Notes: generated by a model from the sequence alone, not told the origin. DNA of 64,000 nt from Dehalococcoidia bacterium (GCA_963664375.1 OY761449.1:2315087-2379086); one strand, 5' to 3'; positions 35,771 through 45,434 are shown, numbered from the stretch's first letter. Numbers and translations: made by a program.

Positions 35771-37471
35771 ATGCGAGTAGTCTTGCTGATTTTCTTGGCT
35801 ATCATGAGTTTAGCGGCCATTTCCTGCGCCAGCGGGGATACTGAAACCATCAGCGCGCCAACGGCTTCCGAACCTACGCCTGACGTTGCGGCAACAGTGC
35901 AGGCAGGAGTGGAAGGAACTCAAGTAGCTCAGGCTTCCATAGACGCCACTGTGGAAGCTCGAGTTGCTGCTGCCCTTACTACACCACATCCGACAGCCAC
36001 GCCGTACCCTACTGCTACCCAATATCCCACAGCGACACCCTATCCTACGCTGCCGTTGCCCACTCTGACGCCGCGGCCTACGCCTACGCCACGGCCAACA
36101 CCCACTCCACGGCCAACACCCATACCGAGGCCCACTTCGACGCCACTCCCTACTTTAACATCCGAAGAGCAAGCATTTCACCTGATCGGATACGCTGCTC
36201 TTTTTGCTGGTGGCCCCGGCGCAATCTACGTCGGCGACTTGAATCAGTTGGCCGGTACGGCAGTAACAGACGAGTATCTGTGGGACTACGGGACAGATTT
36301 GGGTGACGATGACGGGAATGTTCCCTTATACGCCCTCGAAAAGCATCGGTGGATCTTTGAGTCCGAATACTACCGGTCGCTTCTGGAGAAAGCCCGTCTC
36401 ACAAACCCAACGGGCCTGGATTCCACCGGTGAACGCATTATCTTGCAGCATACCTGCATAAATTCTCAGTTGCTCTGGTGCAAACATCTGGAAACTTACT
36501 TTGTTCCCAACGTGGAGGAACGCACTAACGGTCAGGTCACTTTCAACATTACGTCCTTCCCCGAATTGGGTTTGTCTGGCCTTGACACCGTTTCCTTATT
36601 GGATGACGGTACGCTCAGCATGACTGAAATCTACGGTGGGTATGTGGGCGGCGAATACCCGACGCTGGCCGTGCAGTATCTCTGGGGGTTGTGGCCAGAC
36701 CATCAGAGTCACTTCGCCGTTCAGACCAACATCGCCCCCGATCTGAACAGGGTCGTGGAAGACGAGATGGGCGCCAAGGTGCTGATGCGCAACTGGATCG
36801 CTGGCGACGATCAGTTCATCTTCAGCTACTATCGTCTTAGGAACCCCGATGACTTCATCGGCCTCAAGACCCGAAGCCACTCCGCCGAGATGTCCGACTG
36901 GATTGACCACATGGGTGCGGCGGCCCAATTTATGGCCTTCGCTGAGGTCTACACCGCTCTGGAGCGCGGCATCCTGGACGGCGCTGTAACTGGCGCCAAC
37001 CCAGGTCTCAGCCAGCGTTGGTACGAAGTGACCGACAATATGAACGGGCCTGTGTACAGTTTCAATTCCACCATTAACGCAATTAACGGAGACGTTTGGG
37101 ATAGCATTCCAAGCGACTTGCAACAAATTCTGCTCGAAGAAGGCGCGAAGCAGGAACTAGAGGCCCTGCGCCTCGCCGCCATACAAAACATTACCGGTTT
37201 GCAACGCAACGTGGAAGCCGGACTGGAATTTGTGGAATTCAGCCCCCGGATTCGGCGCATGAGTTTTCGGGCAGGCTACGAGAACGTACTTCCCAATTGG
37301 CTGAGCAGGTTGGGCTATCCTGCATGGGGCCATGACACCGTGGACGTTTTCAACAACAAGATAGGCCCGATGGTCGGCCTGCGCATCGAGCTTGATGGAC
37401 AGGTAGTAAAAACTCGGATAACCGAAGGCCCACACGCAGGCAAAACTATGGAGCAAGTGCTGGCCGAGTAG
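35771..37471 (+). CDS. TRAP-transporter DctP-like solute-binding lipoprotein with a long Pro/Thr-rich tether
   Basis: Signal peptide and lipobox (LAAISCASG). About 100 aa of low-complexity PT/PRPTPT linker. The DctP-like motif FAEVYTALERGILDGA and an overall SBP-like C-terminal 400 aa. Confidence 0.65.
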   Translation: MRVVLLIFLAIMSLAAISCASGDTETISAPTASEPTPDVAATVQAGVEGTQVAQASIDATVEARVAAALTTPHPTATPYPTATQYPTATPYPTLPLPTLTPRPTPTPRPTPTPRPTPIPRPTSTPLPTLTSEEQAFHLIGYAALFAGGPGAIYVGDLNQLAGTAVTDEYLWDYGTDLGDDDGNVPLYALEKHRWIFESEYYRSLLEKARLTNPTGLDSTGERIILQHTCINSQLLWCKHLETYFVPNVEERTNGQVTFNITSFPELGLSGLDTVSLLDDGTLSMTEIYGGYVGGEYPTLAVQYLWGLWPDHQSHFAVQTNIAPDLNRVVEDEMGAKVLMRNWIAGDDQFIFSYYRLRNPDDFIGLKTRSHSAEMSDWIDHMGAAAQFMAFAEVYTALERGILDGAVTGANPGLSQRWYEVTDNMNGPVYSFNSTINAINGDVWDSIPSDLQQILLEEGAKQELEALRLAAIQNITGLQRNVEAGLEFVEFSPRIRRMSFRAGYENVLPNWLSRLGYPAWGHDTVDVFNNKIGPMVGLRIELDGQVVKTRITEGPHAGKTMEQVLAE

Positions 37472-37484
37472 CGAACCCTCCGCT

Positions 37485-38636
37485 TCAATTCACCACCAGG
37501 CCCTGGCCGAGTTGCGTCAGCGTCTCGCAGCCGTCGGCGGTGGTGATTACGGTGTCGCCTACGGACATGGCCAGCGTGTTGTCGGCGTCCAGCAGAATCA
37601 TGTGCATGAATATGACCATGTTGGGCTGGATGACCACCGGGTTGTCGCGGTAAGTCATCGGCCAGTCCATCCAGGTCGGCGGGTAAAGGGCGCCCAGGCT
37701 GTACCCGCAGGCGTTGAGCTTGTGCTCGCCGAACCCGGAGCGGTCCAGCGCATCGGCGTGGGCCTGGAAGATGTCGCCGAAGGTGGCCCCGGAGCGGCAG
37801 GCGTCCTTGCAGGCTTGCAACGCCTCGGCGCAGGCGGCGTGCATGGCTACGTGGCGCGGGTCGGGTTCGCCGGTGAGGATGGTGCGCATCAGGGCGGCGT
37901 GGTAGTGGCGATAGGCCCCGCCGAACTCCAGTTGTAGCTGGTCGTTGTCGCCCAGGGTGCGGTAGCCGGTGAAGTTACGCACGTTCAGCGCCGTCTCGCC
38001 GGAGCCGATGATGAACCGCGTGGCCGTGTAGTCGCCGCCGCCCTGGAAAACCGCCGAGGTCATCGCCGCGAGGATGTCTTGCTCCGGGGTGTCGGCCCGT
38101 GCCGTGCGCTGGGCCGCCAGCCACGCATCGTCGGCCAGGGCGGCGGCTCGGCGCACGTATTCGATCTCGGCGTCGCTCTTGACCAGCCGCAGGCGGCTGA
38201 CCAGTTCCGAGGCGTCCTCCCACTGGCACTTGCCCTCCATCGCGGCGCGCACGTACTCCCAACGCCATCCGGTCAGGCACCAGGCCTCCAGTTCCACGCC
38301 TACCTTCTGGCCGCGGCAACCTTGCTCCTCAAGGATGTCCCACAGGTCCTGGCCGGGGTTGACGCCAGCGCGGTCCACCCAGATGCGGACATCCTCTATC
38401 ACCGACGTCAGCCGCGCCTGGCGCAGGTCTGCCGACCGGGTCAGCAGAACCAGCCGCCCGTCGGCGCCCAGGTACAGGCACTGGAACTGGGAGTAGCCGG
38501 TGGTGTCGTAGCCGGTCAGGTAGTACATGCTCTCCTGCCGGAAAATCAGCAGCGCGGCCAGACCGCTGGCCTGCAACTCGGCCACCACCCGGTCGCGGCG
38601 GGAATTCAGTTCCTCTTCAGTGAAATACAGCGCCAT
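37485..38636 (-). CDS. M24 family metallopeptidase (Xaa-Pro aminopeptidase/creatinase-like)
   Basis: Creatinase-type N-terminal domain plus pita-bread C-terminal domain. Metal-ligand context FGGAYRHYH...GYSLG...VIFMHMILLD. Confidence 0.8.
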   Translation of the reverse strand: MALYFTEEELNSRRDRVVAELQASGLAALLIFRQESMYYLTGYDTTGYSQFQCLYLGADGRLVLLTRSADLRQARLTSVIEDVRIWVDRAGVNPGQDLWDILEEQGCRGQKVGVELEAWCLTGWRWEYVRAAMEGKCQWEDASELVSRLRLVKSDAEIEYVRRAAALADDAWLAAQRTARADTPEQDILAAMTSAVFQGGGDYTATRFIIGSGETALNVRNFTGYRTLGDNDQLQLEFGGAYRHYHAALMRTILTGEPDPRHVAMHAACAEALQACKDACRSGATFGDIFQAHADALDRSGFGEHKLNACGYSLGALYPPTWMDWPMTYRDNPVVIQPNMVIFMHMILLDADNTLAMSVGDTVITTADGCETLTQLGQGLVVN

Positions 38637-38721
38637 TTCGCACCCCCAGTATCCATCGGCTATCAGTTGAGCAGGTTATGCAAGTATAATCGGCGGAGTA
38701 ACTACCGCAACCGTACCCTTC

Positions 38722-38765
38722 AAAATCCCCTCCCCCTCAGGGGGAGGGTTAGGGTGGGGGTGAAA
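38722..38765 (-). repeat. REP-A element
   Basis: aaaatcccctccccctcagggggagggttagggtgggggtgaaa. Confidence 0.9.
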
Positions 38766-38821
38766 AGCGAGTGCAGAGCAACCACTGAGTGCCCCTTACC
38801 CCGAAAGGCTGGAGGTCCGAA

Positions 38822-39781
38822 ATGGCTACCGTCAACACCGTTCTCGGAACCATCGATTCATCGGAAATGGGGTTTACCCTGCCCCACGAGCACCTGATCG
38901 ACTCGTCGGCAGGCATCCGCATCAGCTATGGGGAGCTGGAACTGCGGGACCGGTCGCTGGAAATGGCGATTGAGGACTTCAGCAAGGCAAAGGCTGGCGG
39001 CGTCGACACCTTGGTCGAGGTCTCGCCAATGGACTTGGGCCGCGATGTGGCGCTGATGCGGCAGGTTTCCGAGGCTACGGGGGTCAATATCGTCTGCTGC
39101 ACTGGCTGCTGGCTGGACATCCCGCGCAGCTTCTGGTGGCGCGATAAGGATTTCATAGCCGACCTGTGGGTTCGGGAGATCGAGGAGGGCATCGACGGCA
39201 CGGACATCAAGGCGGGCATCATCAAGGTCGCCACCAGCGACCCCATCACCGAGCACGAGGAGCTGATGCTGCGCGCCTCGGCCCGTACCCACCTGCGCAC
39301 CGGCGTCCCCATCACCACGCACACGCCGCCCACGTCGCGCATCGGCGAGCGGCAGGTAGCCATCCTAACCGAGGAAGGCGTCGAGCCGCAGAACATCTAC
39401 GTCGGCCACATCAACCAGACCCTCGACCCCGACTACCACCGGGAACTGGCCCGCCTGGGCGTCTGGCTGGGCTGGGACATCAACAACGCCTTCGGCCGCC
39501 CCCACCTGCCGCCGTGGGAGCAGCGGGCCGAGTACCTGAAGAACCTGCTGGACGAGGGCATTGAGTCCAACATGATGCTGTCCCACGACTGGAACGTGGT
39601 GCTGTCCCGCATCGGCACCTCCGGCTTCCCCAACCGCGACCAGAACCCCGACGGCTTCCTGTGGCTAAGCAACAAGTTCATCCCCCAGCTCATGGAGCTA
39701 GGAACGAAGCAGGAAACCATCGACCGCATGATGATAGAAAACCCCCGCCGCCACTTCGAGAGCGTCAAGCCGGAGGCGTGA
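38822..39781 (+). CDS. Phosphotriesterase-family (PTE/PHP) amidohydrolase
   Basis: GFTLPHEHL metal-binding motif near the N-terminus, with a TIM-barrel amidohydrolase pattern (TTHT, GHIN, SHDW). ATG 38822 with a GGAGG RBS. Confidence 0.85.
   Translation: MATVNTVLGTIDSSEMGFTLPHEHLIDSSAGIRISYGELELRDRSLEMAIEDFSKAKAGGVDTLVEVSPMDLGRDVALMRQVSEATGVNIVCCTGCWLDIPRSFWWRDKDFIADLWVREIEEGIDGTDIKAGIIKVATSDPITEHEELMLRASARTHLRTGVPITTHTPPTSRIGERQVAILTEEGVEPQNIYVGHINQTLDPDYHRELARLGVWLGWDINNAFGRPHLPPWEQRAEYLKNLLDEGIESNMMLSHDWNVVLSRIGTSGFPNRDQNPDGFLWLSNKFIPQLMELGTKQETIDRMMIENPRRHFESVKPEA
39726..39781 (+). repeat. Direct repeat copy A (the functional 3' end of the PTE gene)
   Basis: gcatgatgatagaaaacccccgccgccacttcgagagcgtcaagccggaggcgtga. 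It recurs at 40568-40624 with 3 substitutions and a 1-nt insertion. Confidence 0.9.
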
Positions 39782-39786
39782 CTATC

Positions 39787-39832
39787 AAAAACCCCTCTCC
39801 CTTGAGGGAGAGGGTTAAGGTGAGGGAGAAAA
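39787..39832 (-). repeat. REP-A element (diverged)
   Basis: aaaaacccctctcccttgagggagagggttaaggtgagggagaaaa. Confidence 0.75.
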
Positions 39833-39880
39833 GGTGGTGCAGAGAAACCGTCGGATACCTATCTTTCAAGGAGCACACCT

Positions 39881-40159
39881 ATGCCCGTAGATGATGCGCC
39901 GCAACAGATTCTCTCGGTCTCCATTGCCGAGTTCCAGGCCCAGTGCCTGAAACTGGTATCCGAGGTTGCTGATTCCGGTTCCGAGGTAGTCATCACTAGG
40001 GACGGGCAACCCGTCTCGCGGCTTGTGCCTATTCGCAAGCCGAAAGCCGCGCCCTTCGGCCGTGACCGGGACATTATCCAAATTCACGGCGACATCATCG
40101 AACCCCTAGACATCGAATGGGAAGCCGAATCGAATCCTGACAGAGTTCTCAATCCATGA
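39881..40159 (+). CDS. Phd/YefM-family antitoxin
   Basis: 92 aa. SIAEFQAQCLKLVSEV...VVITRDGQPVSRLVP is the Phd/YefM N-terminal pattern. AAGGAG RBS. ATGA overlap with the toxin gene. Confidence 0.85.
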   Translation: MPVDDAPQQILSVSIAEFQAQCLKLVSEVADSGSEVVITRDGQPVSRLVPIRKPKAAPFGRDRDIIQIHGDIIEPLDIEWEAESNPDRVLNP

Positions 40160-40554
40160 TTCTGCTGGATACTCATGTCCTGATACACCTGCTGTTCGAG
40201 GAAAGCAGGTTGGGAAGGCAAGCGCGGCAGTTGATCGACACGGCGTGGTCGGATAGCAACGTCGCGGTATCCGCGATTACCTTCTGGGAAGTGGCTATGC
40301 TCCACGAGAAGGGCAGAATGACACTGCTCAGGGACATCGATTCATGGAGGGACAGCCTCTTTGACGATGGACTTGTGGAAATCCCCGTAGATGGCAAAAT
40401 TGGTATCAGGGCGAACTCATTGGCCGACTTCCATCGCGACCCAGCTGACCGGATCATCGTCGCCACGGCGATGCAAGGCCACCAACTGGTGACGGAAGAC
40501 CGCCACATCCTGGAATGGCCAGGCCCACTCAACCGCCTGCGAGCCACGGCGTGA
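40156..40554 (+). CDS. vapC: VapC-type PIN-domain toxin
   Basis: MILLDTHVLIHLL start, with the acidic PIN residues (D5, E..., D in PADRIIVATA, D in VTEDRHI). Confidence 0.85.
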   Translation: MILLDTHVLIHLLFEESRLGRQARQLIDTAWSDSNVAVSAITFWEVAMLHEKGRMTLLRDIDSWRDSLFDDGLVEIPVDGKIGIRANSLADFHRDPADRIIVATAMQGHQLVTEDRHILEWPGPLNRLRATA

Positions 40555-40567
40555 CAGTGGCCATCGC

Positions 40568-40624
40568 GGCATGATGATCAAAAACCCCCGCCGCCACTTC
40601 GAGAAGCGTCAAGCCGGAGGCGTA
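40568..40624 (+). repeat. Direct repeat copy B (decayed duplicate of the PTE 3' end)
   Basis: gcatgatgatcaaaaacccccgccgccacttcgagaagcgtcaagccggaggcgtaa. The extra A breaks the frame relative to copy A. Confidence 0.9.
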
Positions 40625-40664
40625 ATTTCAGCTTGTCTTCATAAGATATGCCTTGACCATTCTC

Positions 40665-42011
40665 TCAATCAGGGAGTTTATTCTTGGCATACTTCAATAT
40701 GCTTTCCATAGACGAATCTTGCCACTTTTCGAGCCATTCTATTGCTTGTTGCAAGTATTCTTTCGACTCCAAAAACCTGATGAAGTCCACAGGCCTGTTA
40801 AAAGGCCCTTGGGAATCATTCAACTTGATGATCCTACCCAAGACTTCTATAGCTATTGCACGAAGTCTCAAATAGTCTTGTTTTCCGCATTCTCCGAGCG
40901 CAGCACCATGAATCACGTTGGATCTGCGCAAATACAGGTCGTGTATAAGTCGCAGATCGAAGAATGTCTCATCTAAAGCAATTGCCAAAAGCAAATACCT
41001 CAGCGAGAGCGCTTCACCTTTACGACCGTCATCAATAGTCGAAAGCATCGCTTCCAGTGCTGTACACAAGTCAACGATCTTGTGATCGTAAATTTCTCGA
41101 GTAATGCTCATACCAATCCATTCTACGCCACGAAGTATCGCATTACGAAACTTATCGGGCATAGTACTGTTATAAATGGAATCCAGCGACTTGGCGAATT
41201 CTTTGGTCGAATCCGCCAAATCTCCAGTAAAATCCAACGTCATGGGTGTACGTGTACGTCCTCCACCTATAGACATCGCTCCTGTATTGGGTTCAATTTT
41301 TTTGATGACACGACCCCCGCCTCGTCTCTGGAGCAATTGCTCATCCCAAAGCGCAACACCCTTTGCGGAACCAATGCAAGCTATCCTAAGTGCATTCAAG
41401 GCACTTTCCAGCAATGCTTGAGCGCGTTCGGCAGCTTTCTCACAAGTTCCTGCATAGACTGTGACTATACCGACTGGGTGACCAATAATCTCATCGAGCA
41501 TCTCCTTAAAGAGATCATTGGCTGTCTCATAGCCCCAATCCACAGCTATCTGCTGAGTAAATTCCCGAAAATGTACACCGCCAACAATTATCGGCTCAAT
41601 GGGAAATTTAACCCATTCTATAGCAAAGGCGACTTCGTACTTTTCATGTGGTTTACTAATTTCAGAGACAAACTCACTAACCTTCGATCGGCGCTCTGAA
41701 TTTCTCTTGAATTGCTCTTTGTTTGAGATCAAATCCTGAACTAAAACGTCAAGTGCCTCGTTAAGTTCATGACGAGTTAGATGTTCCACTGCTGAATCAA
41801 TCTCTAGCGACCCAGAAGCTTCCAAATACAGTCGGGCCTCCCTTCCCCAGAGGGAATAACCAGAATTGTTGTCCTCTCCATCTGGCGATGATGTTGGATT
41901 TCGAATTACCGCCCATCCAATATCGCTGCCAGAGGGATTGTCGTCGGATTCCCTAACTATCGCATCTACCAGATTTTGAATCCTACTGCGTGTTCGATTA
42001 TGCATTGACAT
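40665..42011 (-). CDS. HEPN-type (Rx4H) domain protein with a large unknown N-terminal region (448 aa); horizontally acquired by composition
   Basis: The C-terminal helical segment ALEAMLS...LRYLLLAIALDE...IHDLYLRRSNVIHGAALGE carries the RxxxxH (RSNVIH) HEPN signature. GC is about 40-45% by eye versus over 60% in the flanks. Confidence 0.6.
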   Translation of the reverse strand: MSMHNRTRSRIQNLVDAIVRESDDNPSGSDIGWAVIRNPTSSPDGEDNNSGYSLWGREARLYLEASGSLEIDSAVEHLTRHELNEALDVLVQDLISNKEQFKRNSERRSKVSEFVSEISKPHEKYEVAFAIEWVKFPIEPIIVGGVHFREFTQQIAVDWGYETANDLFKEMLDEIIGHPVGIVTVYAGTCEKAAERAQALLESALNALRIACIGSAKGVALWDEQLLQRRGGGRVIKKIEPNTGAMSIGGGRTRTPMTLDFTGDLADSTKEFAKSLDSIYNSTMPDKFRNAILRGVEWIGMSITREIYDHKIVDLCTALEAMLSTIDDGRKGEALSLRYLLLAIALDETFFDLRLIHDLYLRRSNVIHGAALGECGKQDYLRLRAIAIEVLGRIIKLNDSQGPFNRPVDFIRFLESKEYLQQAIEWLEKWQDSSMESILKYAKNKLPD

Positions 42012-42041
42012 CAGTCAACTAACCTTCTGTTCTTTGAACTA

Positions 42042-42067
42042 GCCCGTTCCGAATCATCGGAACGGGC
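42042..42067 (-). terminator. Stem-loop downstream of the VWA gene (candidate terminator)
   Basis: GCCCGTTCCGA-ATCA-TCGGAACGGGC, a perfect 11-bp stem 41 nt after the stop at 42108. No clear U-tract. Confidence 0.4.
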
Positions 42068-42107
42068 CGTTGGTTCCTTTAACATCGCCGCGTGGGCGTC
42101 GGTGACC

Positions 42108-45100
42108 CTACCGCCGGGCGAAGCGGCGGGCGGTCAGCTCGCGGTAGAGCATGGGGAGGCGCTCGGGGAGGGCCCAGATGTCGCCGAGGACTTCGTAGCC
42201 CATGTCGCCGCACATGCTCTTGAGGTAGTCGTGGCCCGCTTTGTCCACCGTCAGGCAGAACGGGGTGATGGACTTCTGGCGGGCCTCCACCAGAGCCATG
42301 TGGGTGTCGTGGACGGCGTACTCCTTCTCCACTCCCTCGCGGCTGTAGCCCCGATCCTGGGGCCGGCCGTCGCTGACCAGGAACATTATCTTGGTGTGCG
42401 CGTCCTGGTTTTCCAGCTTGGTGATGGCGTGGCGGATGGCCGCGCCCATGCGGGTGGCGTGTAGCGGCGTGATCTTGTCGATCCGGCGCTTGACCTTGTC
42501 GCCGAAGTTTTCGGTGATGTCCTTGATGACGTAGAACTCGACGTTCTCGCGCCCATAGCCGGAGAAGCCGTAGATGCCGTAGGTATCGCCGATATTTTCC
42601 AGGGCCTGCACCAGCAGCGCGGTGCTCTCCTTTTCGAGGTCGATGATGCGCTTGTAGTTGCGGCGCACCAGCCCCTCGCGGCGGCGGCGCAGCCAGACCA
42701 TGTACTCCACCGGATCGTCGGGCGCGTCGCGGTCGTCCACCATCTGGCGGCCCTCGTCGATGGCCTCGGCGGTGGACGCGCTCATGTCCAACAGGAACAC
42801 CACGGCCACGTCGCGGCGGTTGCGGTTGCGGTGCCAGTAAATCTTGTCGTCCGGCGGGATGTTCATCTTCAGGTCAACCCAGGCCTCAAGCGTCGCGTTG
42901 AGGTCCAGGTCTTCGCCGTCGATGAGCCGGTAAGTCTTGCGCATGCTCTCCGGCATGATCAGCTCGAACTGCCGCCGGATGTGGGCCGAAAGAGAGGCGT
43001 AGTTCTTCAGGGAGTCCTGGTAGAAGTTTATGTCGCCCTCCTCAACGGTCTTTTCCTTGACGATGCACCAGCGGGGCTTGTAGTCGTTGGCCCGGAAGTC
43101 CCACTCGTCGTACAGGTAGGTCTGCGGCTCGCGGGTCTCCAGCTCGCCGCCGGAGTCGTCGTCGTGCATCAGCGGGCCGTAGCCTTGGCCCGGCTGGGAG
43201 TTGGGAGGTGGAGCGCCCGCCTCCTTCATGATGTTCTGGGCGAAGGTGGTCATGGCGTCGGTGATGTCGCCCTGCTCGGCGTCCAGCTCCAGCTCGTCGC
43301 TGTCCTGCAAGAGCTGCTCCAGCATTTCCTGGGTCATGGGCTGGGCCTCGCCGTCCTGGTCGCCGCTGTCGGCTTGCAAGCGGGTGAGCAGTTGCACCAT
43401 TTCCGGCTTGAAATCGCCGCGATAGTCCACCGGCTCCGGTGACTCGTAGGACTCATCGCCCTCCTGGCTTTCGCCGCGCTGGTCCATATCGGCCTGTAGG
43501 CGGTCCACCAGGTCCTGGTATTCCTCCTCGTTGAAATCGCCGGGTTCCTCCAGGTCCTGCTCGTCCCAGTTTTCCTCGTCCTCGGTCTGGTTGGGCAGGC
43601 GGGAGATTATCTCGTAGGCCCGGAGGGTGGCCTCGGCGGTGTCCTCCACGTTGGCCTCGGCGGTGCGAAGCTGGTGCAGGATGCGCGACAGCATCTCCGC
43701 CACCTCCTCGTACCCTTCGGGCACGGGAAGGCCGGTGAACCTTTCTAGGCTCATGTGAACTAGCAATTCAACCATGGCCTGGTGGAGCGGCATCTGTTCA
43801 ATGGGAGGGCGGCCGTCCAGGGCATCCTGCTGGACGCGGGAGGCGGCCCGGCGAATGCCGGGGTACTCCACATTTATGCGATAGTCCAGCCGTCCGTCCT
43901 CCAGTACGGTGAACAGGTCAAAGGCCAGCTTGCCGTTCTCGAACAGAGCCAGGAACCGGCCAATGTCGGTGTACGCGCGTATCGTGCCAGCGCTTTCCGG
44001 GGGCATCATTTCGGTGGAGCCGCCCGGCCCCACTTCCATGAACGTTACCTCGGCGTCCTCGCCCGCCATTTCCCGGGCCATCTCGATCATGGACTGGCGG
44101 GCAGCCTGCTCCTCGGCGCGCTTGGCGTTGATTTCCTCTTCCACGCCGTGTCGCCGGTCTTCGAACTGCGTTGCGGGCTTGTCGAACAGGAACTCGAAGC
44201 TGCCGAATTCCAGGCGGCTCACCTGGTGAGTGGAGACCACCTTGAACCAGGAAAAGTTGTCCTGCTTGTTGGAATACCGGTCGACCACCGGCGGCAGGAA
44301 CACCTTGGAGCCGTCGGTGGAGGCCGTGTCTTCATCCACCCAGCCGATGTTGCGGCGGACAAGCTCCTGGGAGTTCATGATCTCAATGCCAGCACCCGAC
44401 AAAGCCCGGCAGTACAGGCGTATGATGCCCTTGACCCGGTCCAGCTCCAGGCTGGAGGAAAGGGTCTCCAGCATCTGCTCGGAGGTGTTGGACTCAATCT
44501 TGAAGAACGCGATGCCGCTCTCGGGATTTTCCTGGAGCAGCCGCATTCCGTGCTGGTACCAGGTGTCCAACTGGCTGACCGTGATACGGGTCAGCACGCT
44601 GTCCAGGCTGCGCAGGAAGGGCGGCACGGCCTCCGGAGCCACGGCCACCAACTGGTCGCACAGGTCCAGGATGTAGCCCTGGTTGCCCTGCGGCACGCGC
44701 CCCAGCGCCTGGGTGCCGTCGGACAGGAAGCGCGAGGTGTCGCGCAGGCCCACCTTGGCCAGCCTCTCGCCCAACTTGAGGAAACGGCCAGTCTGGGCCT
44801 CGTCGACATGCTGCAAGGCCCTCGGCACCAGCTCCAGGCAGGTCTTGACCTCGCGCCAACTGGTGTCGATCAGGGCGCGGGTCATGGCCAGGAAGGGTTC
44901 GCGCTCGCGGCCCATGCCCGGCAGCACGTCCTTGCCCAGCGTCAGGCATTCGCTCGCCACGTCGTAGGACTTGTAAGACAACGCCTCGATCAGCGAGGCG
45001 AATACCTCAACGTCCCAGAAGGGCAGGCTGCGCACCAGTTCCGGCGACACTTCGAAGAACTTGGCCGCCAGGGTGCTGGACTTCCATGTCCCTTTGTACA

Positions 45101-45434
45101 GGCTGCGGCCCAGACCCGCCCAGCGGGGGATGTACTGCGGCCTGAGATTGGGCACGATGGCGACGCTGGACTTGAAAAAGGCCACCGCCAGGGTGGGCGA
45201 GTCCTGCGCCAGGTAGGTGCCGCACCGGGCCCACTGCATGAAGGACGGGAACGACAGGAATCGGCAGACCTCGGGGCTAACCTTGTAGTACTCGATGGCC
45301 GCCTCCCAGGATCTGATGGTCTGGGAGCCTATGGACACGCCCTCCTTGGCCCAGAGGACGACCTCGTCGGGGCCAAAGGCGGAACCCACCGCGCCCACCG
45401 ATTCCTGGTAGGCCTCGAGCACCGCCGGGGGCAT
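42108..45434 (-). CDS. Large VWA-domain protein, NorD/CbbO/CobT-like (1108 aa)
   Basis: C-terminal VWA domain with MIDAS DMSAST (VAVVFLLDMSASTAE...FLVSDGRPQD). An acidic low-complexity linker lies upstream. Start set to ATG 45434 (MPPAVLEAYQ), because the track ORF extension overlaps the Nudix gene. Confidence 0.8.
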   Translation of the reverse strand: MPPAVLEAYQESVGAVGSAFGPDEVVLWAKEGVSIGSQTIRSWEAAIEYYKVSPEVCRFLSFPSFMQWARCGTYLAQDSPTLAVAFFKSSVAIVPNLRPQYIPRWAGLGRSLYKGTWKSSTLAAKFFEVSPELVRSLPFWDVEVFASLIEALSYKSYDVASECLTLGKDVLPGMGREREPFLAMTRALIDTSWREVKTCLELVPRALQHVDEAQTGRFLKLGERLAKVGLRDTSRFLSDGTQALGRVPQGNQGYILDLCDQLVAVAPEAVPPFLRSLDSVLTRITVSQLDTWYQHGMRLLQENPESGIAFFKIESNTSEQMLETLSSSLELDRVKGIIRLYCRALSGAGIEIMNSQELVRRNIGWVDEDTASTDGSKVFLPPVVDRYSNKQDNFSWFKVVSTHQVSRLEFGSFEFLFDKPATQFEDRRHGVEEEINAKRAEEQAARQSMIEMAREMAGEDAEVTFMEVGPGGSTEMMPPESAGTIRAYTDIGRFLALFENGKLAFDLFTVLEDGRLDYRINVEYPGIRRAASRVQQDALDGRPPIEQMPLHQAMVELLVHMSLERFTGLPVPEGYEEVAEMLSRILHQLRTAEANVEDTAEATLRAYEIISRLPNQTEDEENWDEQDLEEPGDFNEEEYQDLVDRLQADMDQRGESQEGDESYESPEPVDYRGDFKPEMVQLLTRLQADSGDQDGEAQPMTQEMLEQLLQDSDELELDAEQGDITDAMTTFAQNIMKEAGAPPPNSQPGQGYGPLMHDDDSGGELETREPQTYLYDEWDFRANDYKPRWCIVKEKTVEEGDINFYQDSLKNYASLSAHIRRQFELIMPESMRKTYRLIDGEDLDLNATLEAWVDLKMNIPPDDKIYWHRNRNRRDVAVVFLLDMSASTAEAIDEGRQMVDDRDAPDDPVEYMVWLRRRREGLVRRNYKRIIDLEKESTALLVQALENIGDTYGIYGFSGYGRENVEFYVIKDITENFGDKVKRRIDKITPLHATRMGAAIRHAITKLENQDAHTKIMFLVSDGRPQDRGYSREGVEKEYAVHDTHMALVEARQKSITPFCLTVDKAGHDYLKSMCGDMGYEVLGDIWALPERLPMLYRELTARRFARR

